This document shows positions 40,178-49,989 of a stretch of DNA of 64,000 bases, piece by piece (within the stretch, counting starts at the first letter, position 1; every line of letters starts with the position of its first letter). The notes under the pieces were generated by a model. It worked only from the letters and a program-made list of their open reading frames with translations, was not told where the DNA came from and searched no databases. The stretch spans positions 1-64,000 of the forward strand of contig JANRJP010000009.1 of assembly GCA_033763905.1 (NCBI GenBank), written 5' to 3'. Both the position numbers and the translations under genes were made by a program. The DNA is from Gemmatimonadaceae bacterium (lineage in GTDB: Bacteria > Gemmatimonadota > Gemmatimonadetes > Gemmatimonadales > Gemmatimonadaceae).

Positions 40178-40267
40178 AGGGAGTTGGGGATTCCCCTATG
40201 GCCGAGGGGCGGGAACCGTGTCAGTTTGCGAAGAGTTGCCCCAAGACCCGTTCGCCGCCCCCGACAG

Positions 40268-40675
40268 ATGAAGCTGATCACCGCGATTATCCGCCCCGAG
40301 AAACTTCCCGAGGTGAAGCAGGCGCTATTCCGCGTCGGCATCACCGGGATGACGTTGACGCGCGTGACCGGCCACGGCGGGGAAGGCGAAGTGATTCAGC
40401 ACTATCGGGCCAACACGATAGTGCTCGATTTCCACGACAAGGTGCGCATCGAGATGGCGTGCAGCGAGCCGTTCGTCGAGCCGTGCATTCAAGCCATCGT
40501 GGGCGCGGCGCGCACCGGTGGCGTGGGCGACGGTAAGATTTTCGTCCAGCCGCTCGATGACGTGATTCGCATCCGCACGGGCGAGCGTTCGAACGCGGCG
40601 CTCACGCCCGTCAACGCCGACGAAACGCAACGACAGGCGGAACTCGCCGCCTCCGGCCACGGAGACGCACCGTGA
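40268..40675 (+). CDS. glnK: Nitrogen regulatory protein P-II
   Basis: MKLITAIIRPEKL...ARTGGVGDGKIFV...IRIRTGE; directly upstream of amtB. Confidence 0.93.
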   Translation: MKLITAIIRPEKLPEVKQALFRVGITGMTLTRVTGHGGEGEVIQHYRANTIVLDFHDKVRIEMACSEPFVEPCIQAIVGAARTGGVGDGKIFVQPLDDVIRIRTGERSNAALTPVNADETQRQAELAASGHGDAP

Positions 40676-42006
40676 CCCCGACGACCTTGTCGGCCGGCGA
40701 CACGGCCTGGGTGCTGGTCGCAGCGGCTTTCGTGATGCTGATGGTCCCCGGGCTCGCGCTCTTCTACGGCGGTCTGGTGCGCACGCGCAGCGTGCTGAAC
40801 GTCCTGATGATGTCCCTCGGCGCGTTTGCGGTGGTGTCGGTGCAGTGGGTGCTGCTCGGCTACACGCTGTCGTTCTCGCCCGGTTCCTCGCTCATCGGCG
40901 GCTTGTCGTTCGCCGGGTTCTCGGGGGTCGGCGGGGCCGCGAATCCGGTGTACGCGGGCACGATTCCGCACGCGGCATTCGCGGCGTTCCAGGCGATGTT
41001 CGCGGGCATCACGGTGGCGCTGATTTCCGGCGCCGTGGTGGAGCGGATGAAGTTCTCGGCGTTTCTCGTGTTCGGGTTGCTGTGGACGTTCGTCGTCTAC
41101 GATCCGCTGGCGCACTGGGTCTGGGCCGACGGGGGCTGGCTGCGCTCGCGCGGGGCGCTCGACTTCGCCGGCGGCACGGTGATTCACATCAGCGCGGGCA
41201 CCTCGGCGTTGGTGGCGGCGTGGATGCTCGGACGGCGGCGCGATTTTGGTCGGCCGGTGCTGGTCCCGCACAATGTGCCGTTCACCGTCTTGGGCGCGGG
41301 CTTGTTGTGGTTCGGCTGGTTCGGCTTCAACGGCGGCTCGGCGCTGGCCGCGAACGACGTCGCCGCCAACGCCGTCGTGACCACGCACGTCGCGGCGGCC
41401 TCGGCCTTGGTCGTGTGGTTGTTGATCGACCTGGTGCGCAACGGACACGCGACGGCCGTCGGCGCGGCGACGGGCGCGGTGGTCGGTCTGGTCGCGATCA
41501 CGCCAGCGGCGGGCTTCGTGACACCGCGCGCCGCGATCCTGATCGGCGGCATCACGGCGGGCATCAGCTATGCGGCGATTCAGTGGCGTCCGCGGACCCG
41601 CATCGACGATGCGTTGGACGTGTTCGCGTGTCACGGCGTGGCTGGCATTGCGGGGGCGGTGCTGACCGGGGTCTTTGCGACCAAGACGGTGAACGCCGCT
41701 GGCGCCGATGGATTGCTGGCGGGCAACGCGGGGCTCGTCTGGACGCAGATCGAGGCCGTGCTGGCGGCGATGGCGCTGTCGGGAGGCTTGACCTTCGTCA
41801 TTCTCCGCGCGCTCGAGGCGTTTATGGGCCTCCGCGTCACGCTGGCCGACGAGATCGGCGGCGTGGATGTGAGCGAGCACGGTGAAGAGGCCTACCACGG
41901 CGGCGATATCGGCGAGCTGGTGGGACGTGGGATGCCGCTCGGCGAGAGTGTCGTGCTCGAGGCGCCGACGCCCACCGCAGTGCCGGTGACGCCACGCGCG
42001 ATCTGA
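40672..42006 (+). CDS. amtB: Ammonium transporter
   Basis: GDTAWVL, DFAGGTVIH, WFGWFGFNGGS, DDALDVFACHG and EHGEEAY motifs. Confidence 0.97.
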   Translation: MTPTTLSAGDTAWVLVAAAFVMLMVPGLALFYGGLVRTRSVLNVLMMSLGAFAVVSVQWVLLGYTLSFSPGSSLIGGLSFAGFSGVGGAANPVYAGTIPHAAFAAFQAMFAGITVALISGAVVERMKFSAFLVFGLLWTFVVYDPLAHWVWADGGWLRSRGALDFAGGTVIHISAGTSALVAAWMLGRRRDFGRPVLVPHNVPFTVLGAGLLWFGWFGFNGGSALAANDVAANAVVTTHVAAASALVVWLLIDLVRNGHATAVGAATGAVVGLVAITPAAGFVTPRAAILIGGITAGISYAAIQWRPRTRIDDALDVFACHGVAGIAGAVLTGVFATKTVNAAGADGLLAGNAGLVWTQIEAVLAAMALSGGLTFVILRALEAFMGLRVTLADEIGGVDVSEHGEEAYHGGDIGELVGRGMPLGESVVLEAPTPTAVPVTPRAI

Positions 42007-42008
42007 TC

Positions 42009-42728
42009 GTGAGCAGGCCGTCGCTGTGCGGCCGACGCGCGGCCACCGCGCTGTTGGTCGTGTTGACGGCGATCGGCACCGCGGCGCGCCTGGACGCGCA
42101 GCGCGTCGCGTTGCCTGCGGCAGATTCGCTCCGCGCGGTGCGGGACTCGTTCGCGGCGGTCGCGCCGACGGGAATCGTCGGCACGATGCGGTGGACGCTG
42201 GCCCGTACCGCGAGCGGCGGCTGGCGGGTGAGCGAGTTGATCAGCGTCGATGAGGTCCTCGAGCTCGCCACCATCAGCCGAGTGTCGGCCGCGCTGCGGC
42301 TCGAACAGTTCACGCAGAGTGGTGTTGCCTTCGGGCGCGATGTGCTGTCCGAGCTCGCGGTCAATCGCGGGCGCCTGCAGGGGCAGGTGTTGTCGCCCGA
42401 CGGCACACGACTCGCGACGCTCGACGTCGCGCCACCCGACGGGCCCGACGTGACGCTGCTCCCGGCGTTGCTCACCGCCGTCTCGTGGCACGACGGCGCC
42501 ACCGCGACCTGGGCGATGGTGCGGCCGGCGTCGGGGACCGCCGTGTCGGTTGCCGTGCTCTGCGAAGGCGCGGAGTCGCTCAGCATTCGCGGCACGTCGC
42601 TCGCGGCGTGGCGGCTCCGCACCACGATCGGTGATCAGATCACGCGCTACTGGGTGTCGACCACGGCACCGGCGCGCGTACTGGCGGTCTCGAGCGAAGG
42701 GTTGCCGTTCCGCTTCGTCGCGCGATGA
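42009..42728 (+). CDS. Exported hypothetical protein
   Basis: Signal peptide, beta-rich sequence; starts 2 nt after the amtB stop. Confidence 0.65.
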   Translation: MSRPSLCGRRAATALLVVLTAIGTAARLDAQRVALPAADSLRAVRDSFAAVAPTGIVGTMRWTLARTASGGWRVSELISVDEVLELATISRVSAALRLEQFTQSGVAFGRDVLSELAVNRGRLQGQVLSPDGTRLATLDVAPPDGPDVTLLPALLTAVSWHDGATATWAMVRPASGTAVSVAVLCEGAESLSIRGTSLAAWRLRTTIGDQITRYWVSTTAPARVLAVSSEGLPFRFVAR

Positions 42729-42744
42729 GTCGGCCGATCGGCCG

Positions 42745-45414
42745 TCAGGGCTCCGCTTTGGTCCCGAGGAACGACGCGAGCGCGCTATAGAGGTCCTGCG
42801 CGCGGAAGGGCTTCTGCAGAAAGCCGGCCACTTGTCCGGTGAACGTGGCCTGCAGCTCGTGTTCGGAATACCCGGACATCAAGAGCACCGGCACATCGGG
42901 TCGCTCAGCGCGCATCGTCGCGAGCGCTTCCGCGCCGCTCAGGACCGGCATCGTGAGATCCAGCAGGACCGCGCGGAGCTCGGTGCCGATCGCGCGGAAC
43001 CGGGCCACGCCTTCGCGGCCATCGCTGGCGAGCACGACCGTGAAGCCACGCCGCTGCAGTAGCGAGCGGGCCACGTGGCGCACCCCGTCGTCGTCGTCGA
43101 CGACGAGGACGGTGCCGCCTGCGGGCAGTTCGAGTCTCGGGACGGACGTTGGGGTGACGCGACGCAAATCCTTCGCGGGCGGGAACAGCACGGTGAACGT
43201 CGTTCCGCGCCCCGGGCTGCTGCAGACCCCAATGGATGCGTCGTGCTGCTTGAGCACGCCGACGACCGCTGACAGGCCGAGGCCGCGTCCCGTGAACTTC
43301 GTGGTGAAGAACGGGTCGAAAATGCGGCGCATCACCTCCGGGGTCATCCCGTGGCCTTCATCGCTGACTTCGAGCGCCACGCGTGGGGACCCATCGAGCG
43401 GTGCACCGAACACGGCATCGAACGCGGCGGGATCGGGTGCGGTCTCGTAGCGCGACGAGAGACGTAGCGTGCCGCCGGAATCGACCATCGCATCGGAGCC
43501 GTTGGTGATGAGATTCATCACGATCTGGCGCACCTGCGTGGCGTCGCCGTGCACGAACGGGAGTCCGTCCGGCAGCTCAAGTCGCAGCGACACCGATCGG
43601 CCGATCGCACTCCGCAGCAACTGCGCCATTTCGCGCACGATGCCCGACACGTCGAGCGACTCGACGACGATGCGTCCCTTGCCGGCGTAGGCCAGCAATT
43701 GGCGCGTGAGGTCGGCCGCCCGCTGCGCGGCGCGCTCGATGTCCTCGACCGCTTCGCGCGCCGCGTGGTTCGGCGGAATGTCGAGCTGGGCGAGACTCGC
43801 GTTCGTCAGGACGCCGACGAGCAGGTTGTTGAAGTCGTGCGCAATGCCGCCGGCGAGCAGCCCGAGTGATTCGAGCTTCTGCGCTTGCAGGTCCTGCTGC
43901 TGGAGGCGCGCGCGTTCGGCGGCGAGCCGCACTTCTTCGGTGATGTCCTCGATTGTCGCGACTTGACCGACGAACGATCCATCGAGGGTCGGGACCGGGC
44001 GGCCGATCAAGCGGACGTGTCGGACGCCGCTGGGCAGGTCGAGCGCGTACTCGATGCGGACCGGTCCCCGCATCGTAAACGCCTCATCGGCCGCGGCTAG
44101 GACGCGGTCTATGTCGTCGGCGTGGACGCGCTCGATCCACCGAGTGGCGAAGGTGCTGGGTGACAGCTCGAACAGCGCACAGAGCTGCGGGTTTACATAC
44201 GTCGGCGTGCCGGTCGCATCGGTGAGCACGATGCCCAGCGGGGCGGCGTCCGCGAGCGTGCGGAAGCGCTCCTCGCTTTCGGCCAACGCCAACTCCTGGA
44301 CCCGCTGTTGGGTGATGTCCTGCACCGTCCCGAACATCTCGATCGGCCGCCCTTGGTCGTCGAAGGCGGTTTCGCCGAGGGCCCAGACCCAGAGGGGCCG
44401 TCCCGATGGCAGGGTGGTCTGCAGCTCGATTTCGTAGGGCTGCCCGTCGCGCATTGAACGTTCGACGGCCTCGCGCCAGCAGCGGTTGGCCTCTTCGTCG
44501 TACAGCGCGTTGAGGGCTTCGATCGAGGGCTGGGTCTCGGGCGGGAACTCGAAGATGTGGTACGTCTCGGCCGACCAGCGCACGGCACCAGTTGCCAGAT
44601 CCCAGGACCAGGTACCGATGCGGGCCATCCGTTGTGCGCGGGCGAGTTCGCGTGCGTTGCGTCGCAATTGCTCGTCGCGCTCGCGTTCGTCGGTGATGTC
44701 GCGCGCGGTCCCGGTGGACCGGAGGCGCGTACCATCCTCGCCCAGAATCGTACGGCCGCTGAAGCGGATCCATCGAACGGCGCCGTTGGCGTCGCGCTTG
44801 GTATGCGCGACGGCGCGCCATCGCTGATCGCCGGCGCGATCGATGGCCTGCTGCACGACGGCCAACTGGTCGTCCGGGAAGGGGGTGCGGAGATCCTCGG
44901 CGCGCAGGGCCACATCCTGCGGCAGTCCGTAGATCTCGCGCAGACGCTGACTGGCCCACGCGTTGCCGGTCAGGAGGTCGACGTCCCACATCCCGACGCC
45001 GGAGGCCTCGAAGACGAGCTGCAGCCGCTCTTCGCGCAGTCGGAGCGCCGACGTTGCTTCTTCGCGATCGGTGACGTCGTCGAAGTAGATCGCGAGGCCA
45101 TCGCCAGATGGAATCGCGACCATTCGGATCCAGCGCGGCAGGCGGACGGCCTTGGCGGTGTACTCGACCGAGGTGCGCTCGCGCATCGCGCGCTCGATGG
45201 CCGGCGCGAAGCGGGTCTGCCGACCGGTGGGCAGCAGATCCCAGAGCACGCGGCCGCGAGGGACCTCTCGCGCGAGGCCCAGAATCCGACAGGCCATCGC
45301 GTTCTCGTATACGACGACGTAGTCACGGTCGAGCAGCGCGAACCCGCTCGGCGCGTGTTCGAGGGCATTGAGTGGATCGACCGGTGGGGCCGCCGGCCCA
45401 GAGCTCATCCCCAC
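42745..45414 (-). CDS. Multi-PAS hybrid sensor histidine kinase/response regulator
   Basis: About four PAS/PAC repeats; H-box GGIAHDFNNLL; N, G1, F and G2 boxes; C-terminal receiver (VVDDD, LDLTMP). Confidence 0.95.
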   Translation of the reverse strand: MGMSSGPAAPPVDPLNALEHAPSGFALLDRDYVVVYENAMACRILGLAREVPRGRVLWDLLPTGRQTRFAPAIERAMRERTSVEYTAKAVRLPRWIRMVAIPSGDGLAIYFDDVTDREEATSALRLREERLQLVFEASGVGMWDVDLLTGNAWASQRLREIYGLPQDVALRAEDLRTPFPDDQLAVVQQAIDRAGDQRWRAVAHTKRDANGAVRWIRFSGRTILGEDGTRLRSTGTARDITDERERDEQLRRNARELARAQRMARIGTWSWDLATGAVRWSAETYHIFEFPPETQPSIEALNALYDEEANRCWREAVERSMRDGQPYEIELQTTLPSGRPLWVWALGETAFDDQGRPIEMFGTVQDITQQRVQELALAESEERFRTLADAAPLGIVLTDATGTPTYVNPQLCALFELSPSTFATRWIERVHADDIDRVLAAADEAFTMRGPVRIEYALDLPSGVRHVRLIGRPVPTLDGSFVGQVATIEDITEEVRLAAERARLQQQDLQAQKLESLGLLAGGIAHDFNNLLVGVLTNASLAQLDIPPNHAAREAVEDIERAAQRAADLTRQLLAYAGKGRIVVESLDVSGIVREMAQLLRSAIGRSVSLRLELPDGLPFVHGDATQVRQIVMNLITNGSDAMVDSGGTLRLSSRYETAPDPAAFDAVFGAPLDGSPRVALEVSDEGHGMTPEVMRRIFDPFFTTKFTGRGLGLSAVVGVLKQHDASIGVCSSPGRGTTFTVLFPPAKDLRRVTPTSVPRLELPAGGTVLVVDDDDGVRHVARSLLQRRGFTVVLASDGREGVARFRAIGTELRAVLLDLTMPVLSGAEALATMRAERPDVPVLLMSGYSEHELQATFTGQVAGFLQKPFRAQDLYSALASFLGTKAEP

Positions 45415-45421
45415 CGCGTCG

Positions 45422-46642
45422 TCAGATCGCGCCGCGCGCGCGGAGCGCCGCGAGCTGTTCGGCCGTTCGGCCTCTGGCCTGCAGGATCTCGTCCGTATGC
45501 TGGCCGAGCGCAGGCGCCGGGTGCCGGATGCCCCCCGGCGTCGCGGACAGTCGCGGCGTGACGTTGTGCATCGGAATGTCGCCCAAGTCGGGATCGGCGA
45601 CGTCCACCAGCACCTCGCGCTCGATGACGTGCGGGTCGTCCATCAATTGCTGCACGTTGTACACGGGACCCGCCGTGATGCCTTCGCGCTCGCAGAGGTC
45701 GACCAAGGCGTCGAGGTCGTGCGCCCCGACCCACGCCTGCACCACGTCGTCGAGTGCGTCGACGTTGGCCATCCGGTCGGAGTTCGTCCGGAACCGCGGA
45801 TCGGTGATCAGTTCGGGCTGTCCCATCACGCGGAACAGGCGCTCGCACATCGGTTGCATCGACGCCGAGATCGCCAGCCAATGGCCGTCTGCCGTGCGGT
45901 ACGTGTTTCGCGGAGCGCTCACACTCAGGCGATTGCCGATGCGCACCGGGACTTCACCCGTGGTCTCATAGATCGCCGCATCGGGTCCGATGATCGACAC
46001 CAGCGGCTCAAGGAGCGACAGGTCGATCACCTGTCCCGGCGCGCCGTTGTCCCGCGCGCGAAGGGCCGCGAGCACCGCGAAGGCGCCGCTCAGCCCTGCC
46101 ACCATATCGGCGAGCGCGACGTTGGGGAGCGTTGGGGGCATCCCCGGGAATCCGGTCTTGGACGCCAAGCCGCTGAACGCCTCAACCAGCGTGCCGAATC
46201 CCGGCCGTGTCTTGTACGGTCCCGTCTGTCCCCAGCCCGAGATGCGCACCATCACCAGACGCGGGTTGCGGCCGTGCAGCACGTCGGGGCCCAGACCGAG
46301 CTTCTCCATCGTGCCGAACTTGAAGCTTTCGATGAGCACGTCGGCGGTCTCGACGAGATCGAGCAGAATCTCGCGGGCCTCGGCGTCGCGGAGGTTCAGC
46401 GTGACCGACTTCTTGTTCCGCGCGTACACCTTCCAGAAGACCGAATGACCGCCTGCCTTCCAATCGCGCAAGGCGTCGCCCGTGCCGGGGTCCTCGATCT
46501 TGAGGACTTCGGCCCCGAAGTCGGCCATCGCAAGCGACAGCTTGTTGCCGGCGACCAACCGAGACAGATCGAGCACCCGGATCCCTGCGAGCGGGAGCTG
46601 GGCGGCGCTGGTCGGGGTCGTCGCGACGCGGAGTGGTGTCAT
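45422..46642 (-). CDS. CaiB/BaiF (family III) CoA-transferase
   Basis: PLAGIRVLDLS, DFGAEVLKIE, RNKKSVTLNL and APALGQHT motifs. Confidence 0.95.
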   Translation of the reverse strand: MTPLRVATTPTSAAQLPLAGIRVLDLSRLVAGNKLSLAMADFGAEVLKIEDPGTGDALRDWKAGGHSVFWKVYARNKKSVTLNLRDAEAREILLDLVETADVLIESFKFGTMEKLGLGPDVLHGRNPRLVMVRISGWGQTGPYKTRPGFGTLVEAFSGLASKTGFPGMPPTLPNVALADMVAGLSGAFAVLAALRARDNGAPGQVIDLSLLEPLVSIIGPDAAIYETTGEVPVRIGNRLSVSAPRNTYRTADGHWLAISASMQPMCERLFRVMGQPELITDPRFRTNSDRMANVDALDDVVQAWVGAHDLDALVDLCEREGITAGPVYNVQQLMDDPHVIEREVLVDVADPDLGDIPMHNVTPRLSATPGGIRHPAPALGQHTDEILQARGRTAEQLAALRARGAI

Positions 46643-46702
46643 TCCACCGGAAGATGGACCAATTCGGGTCCCCTTGGGAGGGGGCCGCGACAGATCGCCG
46701 CG

Positions 46703-47257
46703 TTACGGGACGGGGGACTGCCGGAGCCGAGCAGCGAACTTCTGCCGGATCTTGGCGACCTTCGGCGCGATCACGAACGCGCAGTACGGCTGTTGCTGAT
46801 TGCGACGGTAGTACCGCTGGTGGTAGGCCTCACCCGGCCAATAGCGGTCCAGGGGGCGGATCTCGGTCACGATCGGCGCAGGGAACACGCGCTCCTGCGT
46901 GAGTTCGGCGATCAGCGCGCGCGCCGTGCTGTCCTGCGCCGACGAGTGCGTGAAGATCGCCGACCGATACTGCGGACCGACGTCGTTGCCCTGGCGGTCG
47001 AGCGTCGTGGGATCGTGTGAGACGAAGAACACCTCGAGCACATCGCGGTACGACATCACCTGCGGATCGAAGTCCACTTGCACCACTTCGATGTGTCCGG
47101 TCTTCTTGTCGCAGACCTGCTCGTAGGTCGGATTGGCCACGTGGCCGCCCGCGTATCCGGAGCGCAGATCCACCACGCCATTGAGTTGCTCGTAGACAGC
47201 CTCGATGCACCAGAAGCAGCCGCCGCCGAGTGTTGCGGTTTCGATCAGGGGAGTCAT
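46703..47257 (-). CDS. msrA: Peptide methionine sulfoxide reductase A
   Basis: GGGCFWC, GYAGG, HDPT and RQGNDVGPQYRS motifs. Confidence 0.96.
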   Translation of the reverse strand: MTPLIETATLGGGCFWCIEAVYEQLNGVVDLRSGYAGGHVANPTYEQVCDKKTGHIEVVQVDFDPQVMSYRDVLEVFFVSHDPTTLDRQGNDVGPQYRSAIFTHSSAQDSTARALIAELTQERVFPAPIVTEIRPLDRYWPGEAYHQRYYRRNQQQPYCAFVIAPKVAKIRQKFAARLRQSPVP

Positions 47258-47772
47258 ACCGCAACAATACCCGACGTGCCCGGCGGGTTTCCGCCTTCGG
47301 CCGCGAGCCGGTCCAGCGCCTCGCCGGTCACTCGGAACACGGTCCATTCGTCCATCGGCACCGCGCCAAGGGCGCGGTAGAAGCCGATCGCCGGCGTGTT
47401 CCAGTCGAGCACGCTCCACTCGAGGCGGCCGCAGTCGCGCTGGCGCGCGATCGCCGCCAGCGCACCGAGCAGCCGCCGGCCCACGCCGCGGCCGCGCATC
47501 GACGGCTCCACGTAGAGGTCTTCGAGATACAACCCGCGTTGCGCGAGAAACGTGGAGTAGGTGTGAAAGAACAGCGCGAAGCCGGCCGCAGCGCCGTCGA
47601 CATCCGCGAGCAACACCTCGGCCGCGGGATGCGCGCCGAACAGCGTGTCGCGCAGCCGCGATTCGTCGGCGCGGACCTCGTGCGCCAAGCGCTCGTAGTC
47701 CGCGAGCCCTCGAATGCCGGCGAGAATTCGCGGGACGTCGTCGACCGTGGCGCGGCGGATGCTGATGCTCAT
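47254..47772 (-). CDS. GNAT N-acetyltransferase (spermidine/spermine acetyltransferase-like)
   Basis: LADYERL, YLEDLYV, RGRGVG and WSVLDWNTPAIGFY motifs. Confidence 0.92.
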   Translation of the reverse strand: MSISIRRATVDDVPRILAGIRGLADYERLAHEVRADESRLRDTLFGAHPAAEVLLADVDGAAAGFALFFHTYSTFLAQRGLYLEDLYVEPSMRGRGVGRRLLGALAAIARQRDCGRLEWSVLDWNTPAIGFYRALGAVPMDEWTVFRVTGEALDRLAAEGGNPPGTSGIVAV

Positions 47773-49385
47773 TCCGCGGCGATCGTCGGACGGAACGTGG
47801 GGGCGCGGCGATGCCGCGTGGTCTGTTCGAACGCGAAGGCGTATCCGTACAGTTGCGCATCGCTCCACGCCGCGCCGGTGAACGACAGTCCGATCGGCAA
47901 TCCCTGCACCTGGCCCATCGGCACGGTGATGCTGGGATAGCCCGAGACCGCGGCAAACGACGAGTCGCCGCCGGTAAAGCGATCGCCGTTGACGAGATCG
48001 ATCGGCCACGCCGGACCGTTGGACGGATACACCAACGCCTGCACCCGCTGCGCGCGCAACGCCCGATCAATGCCTTGCGTGCGCGTGAGCGCGAGACACG
48101 ACGCACGCGCCTTGCGGTACGCTGCGTCGGTCAGCGGTCCCTTTCGCTGAGCGACTTCAAAGATCTCCTGCCCGAAGTACGGCATCTCGCGCGCGGCTTC
48201 CCGCGAGTTGAACGCGATCGCGTCGGCCAGACTGCGTGCGGGAGCGGCTGGTCCGAGGGTGGCGAAGTAAGCCGCCAGGCTTGCCTTGAACTCGTACAAC
48301 AGCACCTCGTACTCGGCGTCACCGTACTTCCCTGCCGTGGGCAGCGTGACATCGATCGGCTCGGCGCCTGCGCTCCGCAACGCCGCGACGGCGTCCTTGA
48401 ACAGTGCGTCCACGGCGCCATTGAACCCCGCGAGGTTCTGCACGACGCCGATTCGCACGCCCTTTAGCGCGTCGGGTCGGAAGCCGGGGTCCGCCGGCAG
48501 CGCACGCGCACGCGACGTGACGGGATCACGCGGATCGGGCCCGGCAATCGCCAGAAGTAACGCGTAGGCATCAGCGACCGAGCGCGCCATTGGCCCAGCG
48601 GTATCCTGCGACGGGGAAATCGGAATGATGCCGCTGCGTCCGACGAGGCCGATCGTGGGCTTGTGCCCCACGAGGCCATTGATCGCCGAGGGGCAGATGA
48701 TCGAGCCATCGGTTTCGGTGCCGATGCCGATCGGCGCCAAGGCCGCCGAGACGCCGGCGCCGGTCCCAGAGCTTGAGCCGCAAGGTGAGCGGTCCAGCAC
48801 GTACGGATTGCGCGTCTGGCCGCCACGCGCACTCCACCCGCTCGAGCTCTTGGTCGAACGGAAGTTGGCCCATTCACTCAGGTTCGCCTTGGCGATGATG
48901 ATCGCTCCCGCCGCCCGCAGCCGCTCGATGATGTGAGCGTCGCGCGGCGCCACGCTGTCGGCGAGCAGCAACGAACCGGCCGAGGTGCGCATCCGGTCGG
49001 CGGTGTCGACGTTGTCCTTGACGAGCACTGGAATGCCGTGCAGCGGGCCTCGGACCTTGCCCTGCGCCCGCTCGGCGTCGCGTTCGCGGGCGATGGCCAA
49101 CGCGTCCGGATTCCGCTCGATCACCGCGCGGATTCGCGGTCCGCTGCGATCCACCGCATCCATTCGTGCGAAGCACTGTTCCACGAGGGCGACCGACGTC
49201 AGCGCACCGGTGCCGAGATCGCGCTGCAGCTCGGCGACGCTGCGTTCGTCGGCGGGTGGCAACTGCCACTCGGCGGTGTCACCCGAAGGCGCAGCCGCCA
49301 ATGGCCGAGGGAGCGCGCTCGGGATCGCGGCGGCCGCCTCGAGGCCGAGGCCGGACTTGAGGAAACCGCGACGTGAGGACGGCAT
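47769..49385 (-). CDS. Amidase signature family enzyme, Tat-exported
   Basis: SRRGFLK twin-arginine motif; GPLHGIPVLVKD, CGSSSG and GTETDGSIICP. Confidence 0.93.
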   Translation of the reverse strand: MPSSRRGFLKSGLGLEAAAAIPSALPRPLAAAPSGDTAEWQLPPADERSVAELQRDLGTGALTSVALVEQCFARMDAVDRSGPRIRAVIERNPDALAIARERDAERAQGKVRGPLHGIPVLVKDNVDTADRMRTSAGSLLLADSVAPRDAHIIERLRAAGAIIIAKANLSEWANFRSTKSSSGWSARGGQTRNPYVLDRSPCGSSSGTGAGVSAALAPIGIGTETDGSIICPSAINGLVGHKPTIGLVGRSGIIPISPSQDTAGPMARSVADAYALLLAIAGPDPRDPVTSRARALPADPGFRPDALKGVRIGVVQNLAGFNGAVDALFKDAVAALRSAGAEPIDVTLPTAGKYGDAEYEVLLYEFKASLAAYFATLGPAAPARSLADAIAFNSREAAREMPYFGQEIFEVAQRKGPLTDAAYRKARASCLALTRTQGIDRALRAQRVQALVYPSNGPAWPIDLVNGDRFTGGDSSFAAVSGYPSITVPMGQVQGLPIGLSFTGAAWSDAQLYGYAFAFEQTTRHRRAPTFRPTIAAE

Positions 49386-49404
49386 AGGGACTCGGAGCGG
49401 AAAG

Positions 49405-49971
49405 TCAGTTGCGGCGCAGGTACTCGGCGGGAATCGGCGTGTCGGGCGTCTCGCCCTGCCAGTAGATGGTCACGATCCACCACCGTGTGCCATCGTACCA
49501 CGCCTGCATACTGTTGATGCCGCGGGCGAAGGGGGTCGCGTCGGTGAGGGTGCGGCGTGAGTCGTACGCGCTGAAGAGGTGCACGACGTTGCCGAAGCGT
49601 TCGGTCTTGCGTCCAAGCTCCCGCTCGAAGAAGCCGTCTCGCTCCAGAGACGGCCCGGCGTTGGCGATGTACTCCTCGACCGTCCAAGTGCGGAGCACGC
49701 CGGTGCCGTCGCTGCGCTTGCCGGTGGGGATCAGCCGTGCGCCCGGTGCGAAGAGCGAGCGCATTCGCTGCCAGTCGCGTGGTTGGCCTTTGGGCCCCGA
49801 GATGACGTCGTAGACGGCCGCGACGATGCTATCGAGCGTGGCGACATCGGCGGCGCGTGCCGCCGGCGTGGGCGACGGCGTGACGATGGCGGTTGTGGCC
49901 GACTGGGCGCGCACGGCATCGGGCGAGCCGGCGAGGGCCGCGCAGATGGCGGCGAGAAGGATTGGGCGCAT
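49405..49971 (-). CDS. Exported hypothetical protein (NTF2-like)
   Basis: Signal peptide; YDVISGP..RDWQR, FFERE and RGINS..WWIV patterns. Confidence 0.8.
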   Translation of the reverse strand: MRPILLAAICAALAGSPDAVRAQSATTAIVTPSPTPAARAADVATLDSIVAAVYDVISGPKGQPRDWQRMRSLFAPGARLIPTGKRSDGTGVLRTWTVEEYIANAGPSLERDGFFERELGRKTERFGNVVHLFSAYDSRRTLTDATPFARGINSMQAWYDGTRWWIVTIYWQGETPDTPIPAEYLRRN

Positions 49972-49989
49972 TCCGCTATTCTACGCGCT

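Noticed and set aside
40178..40267. Sigma54 promoter upstream of glnK-amtB
   Set aside because: No convincing TGGCAC-N5-TTGC-like element with correct spacing; only a short GGGGA-T-TCCCC dyad of unknown meaning.
46703..48106. Apparent 467-aa MsrA fusion; similar extensions at 37940, 49579, 29677 and 4994
   Set aside because: The extensions overlap neighbouring genes in other frames; domain similarity starts at the internal starts listed under features.
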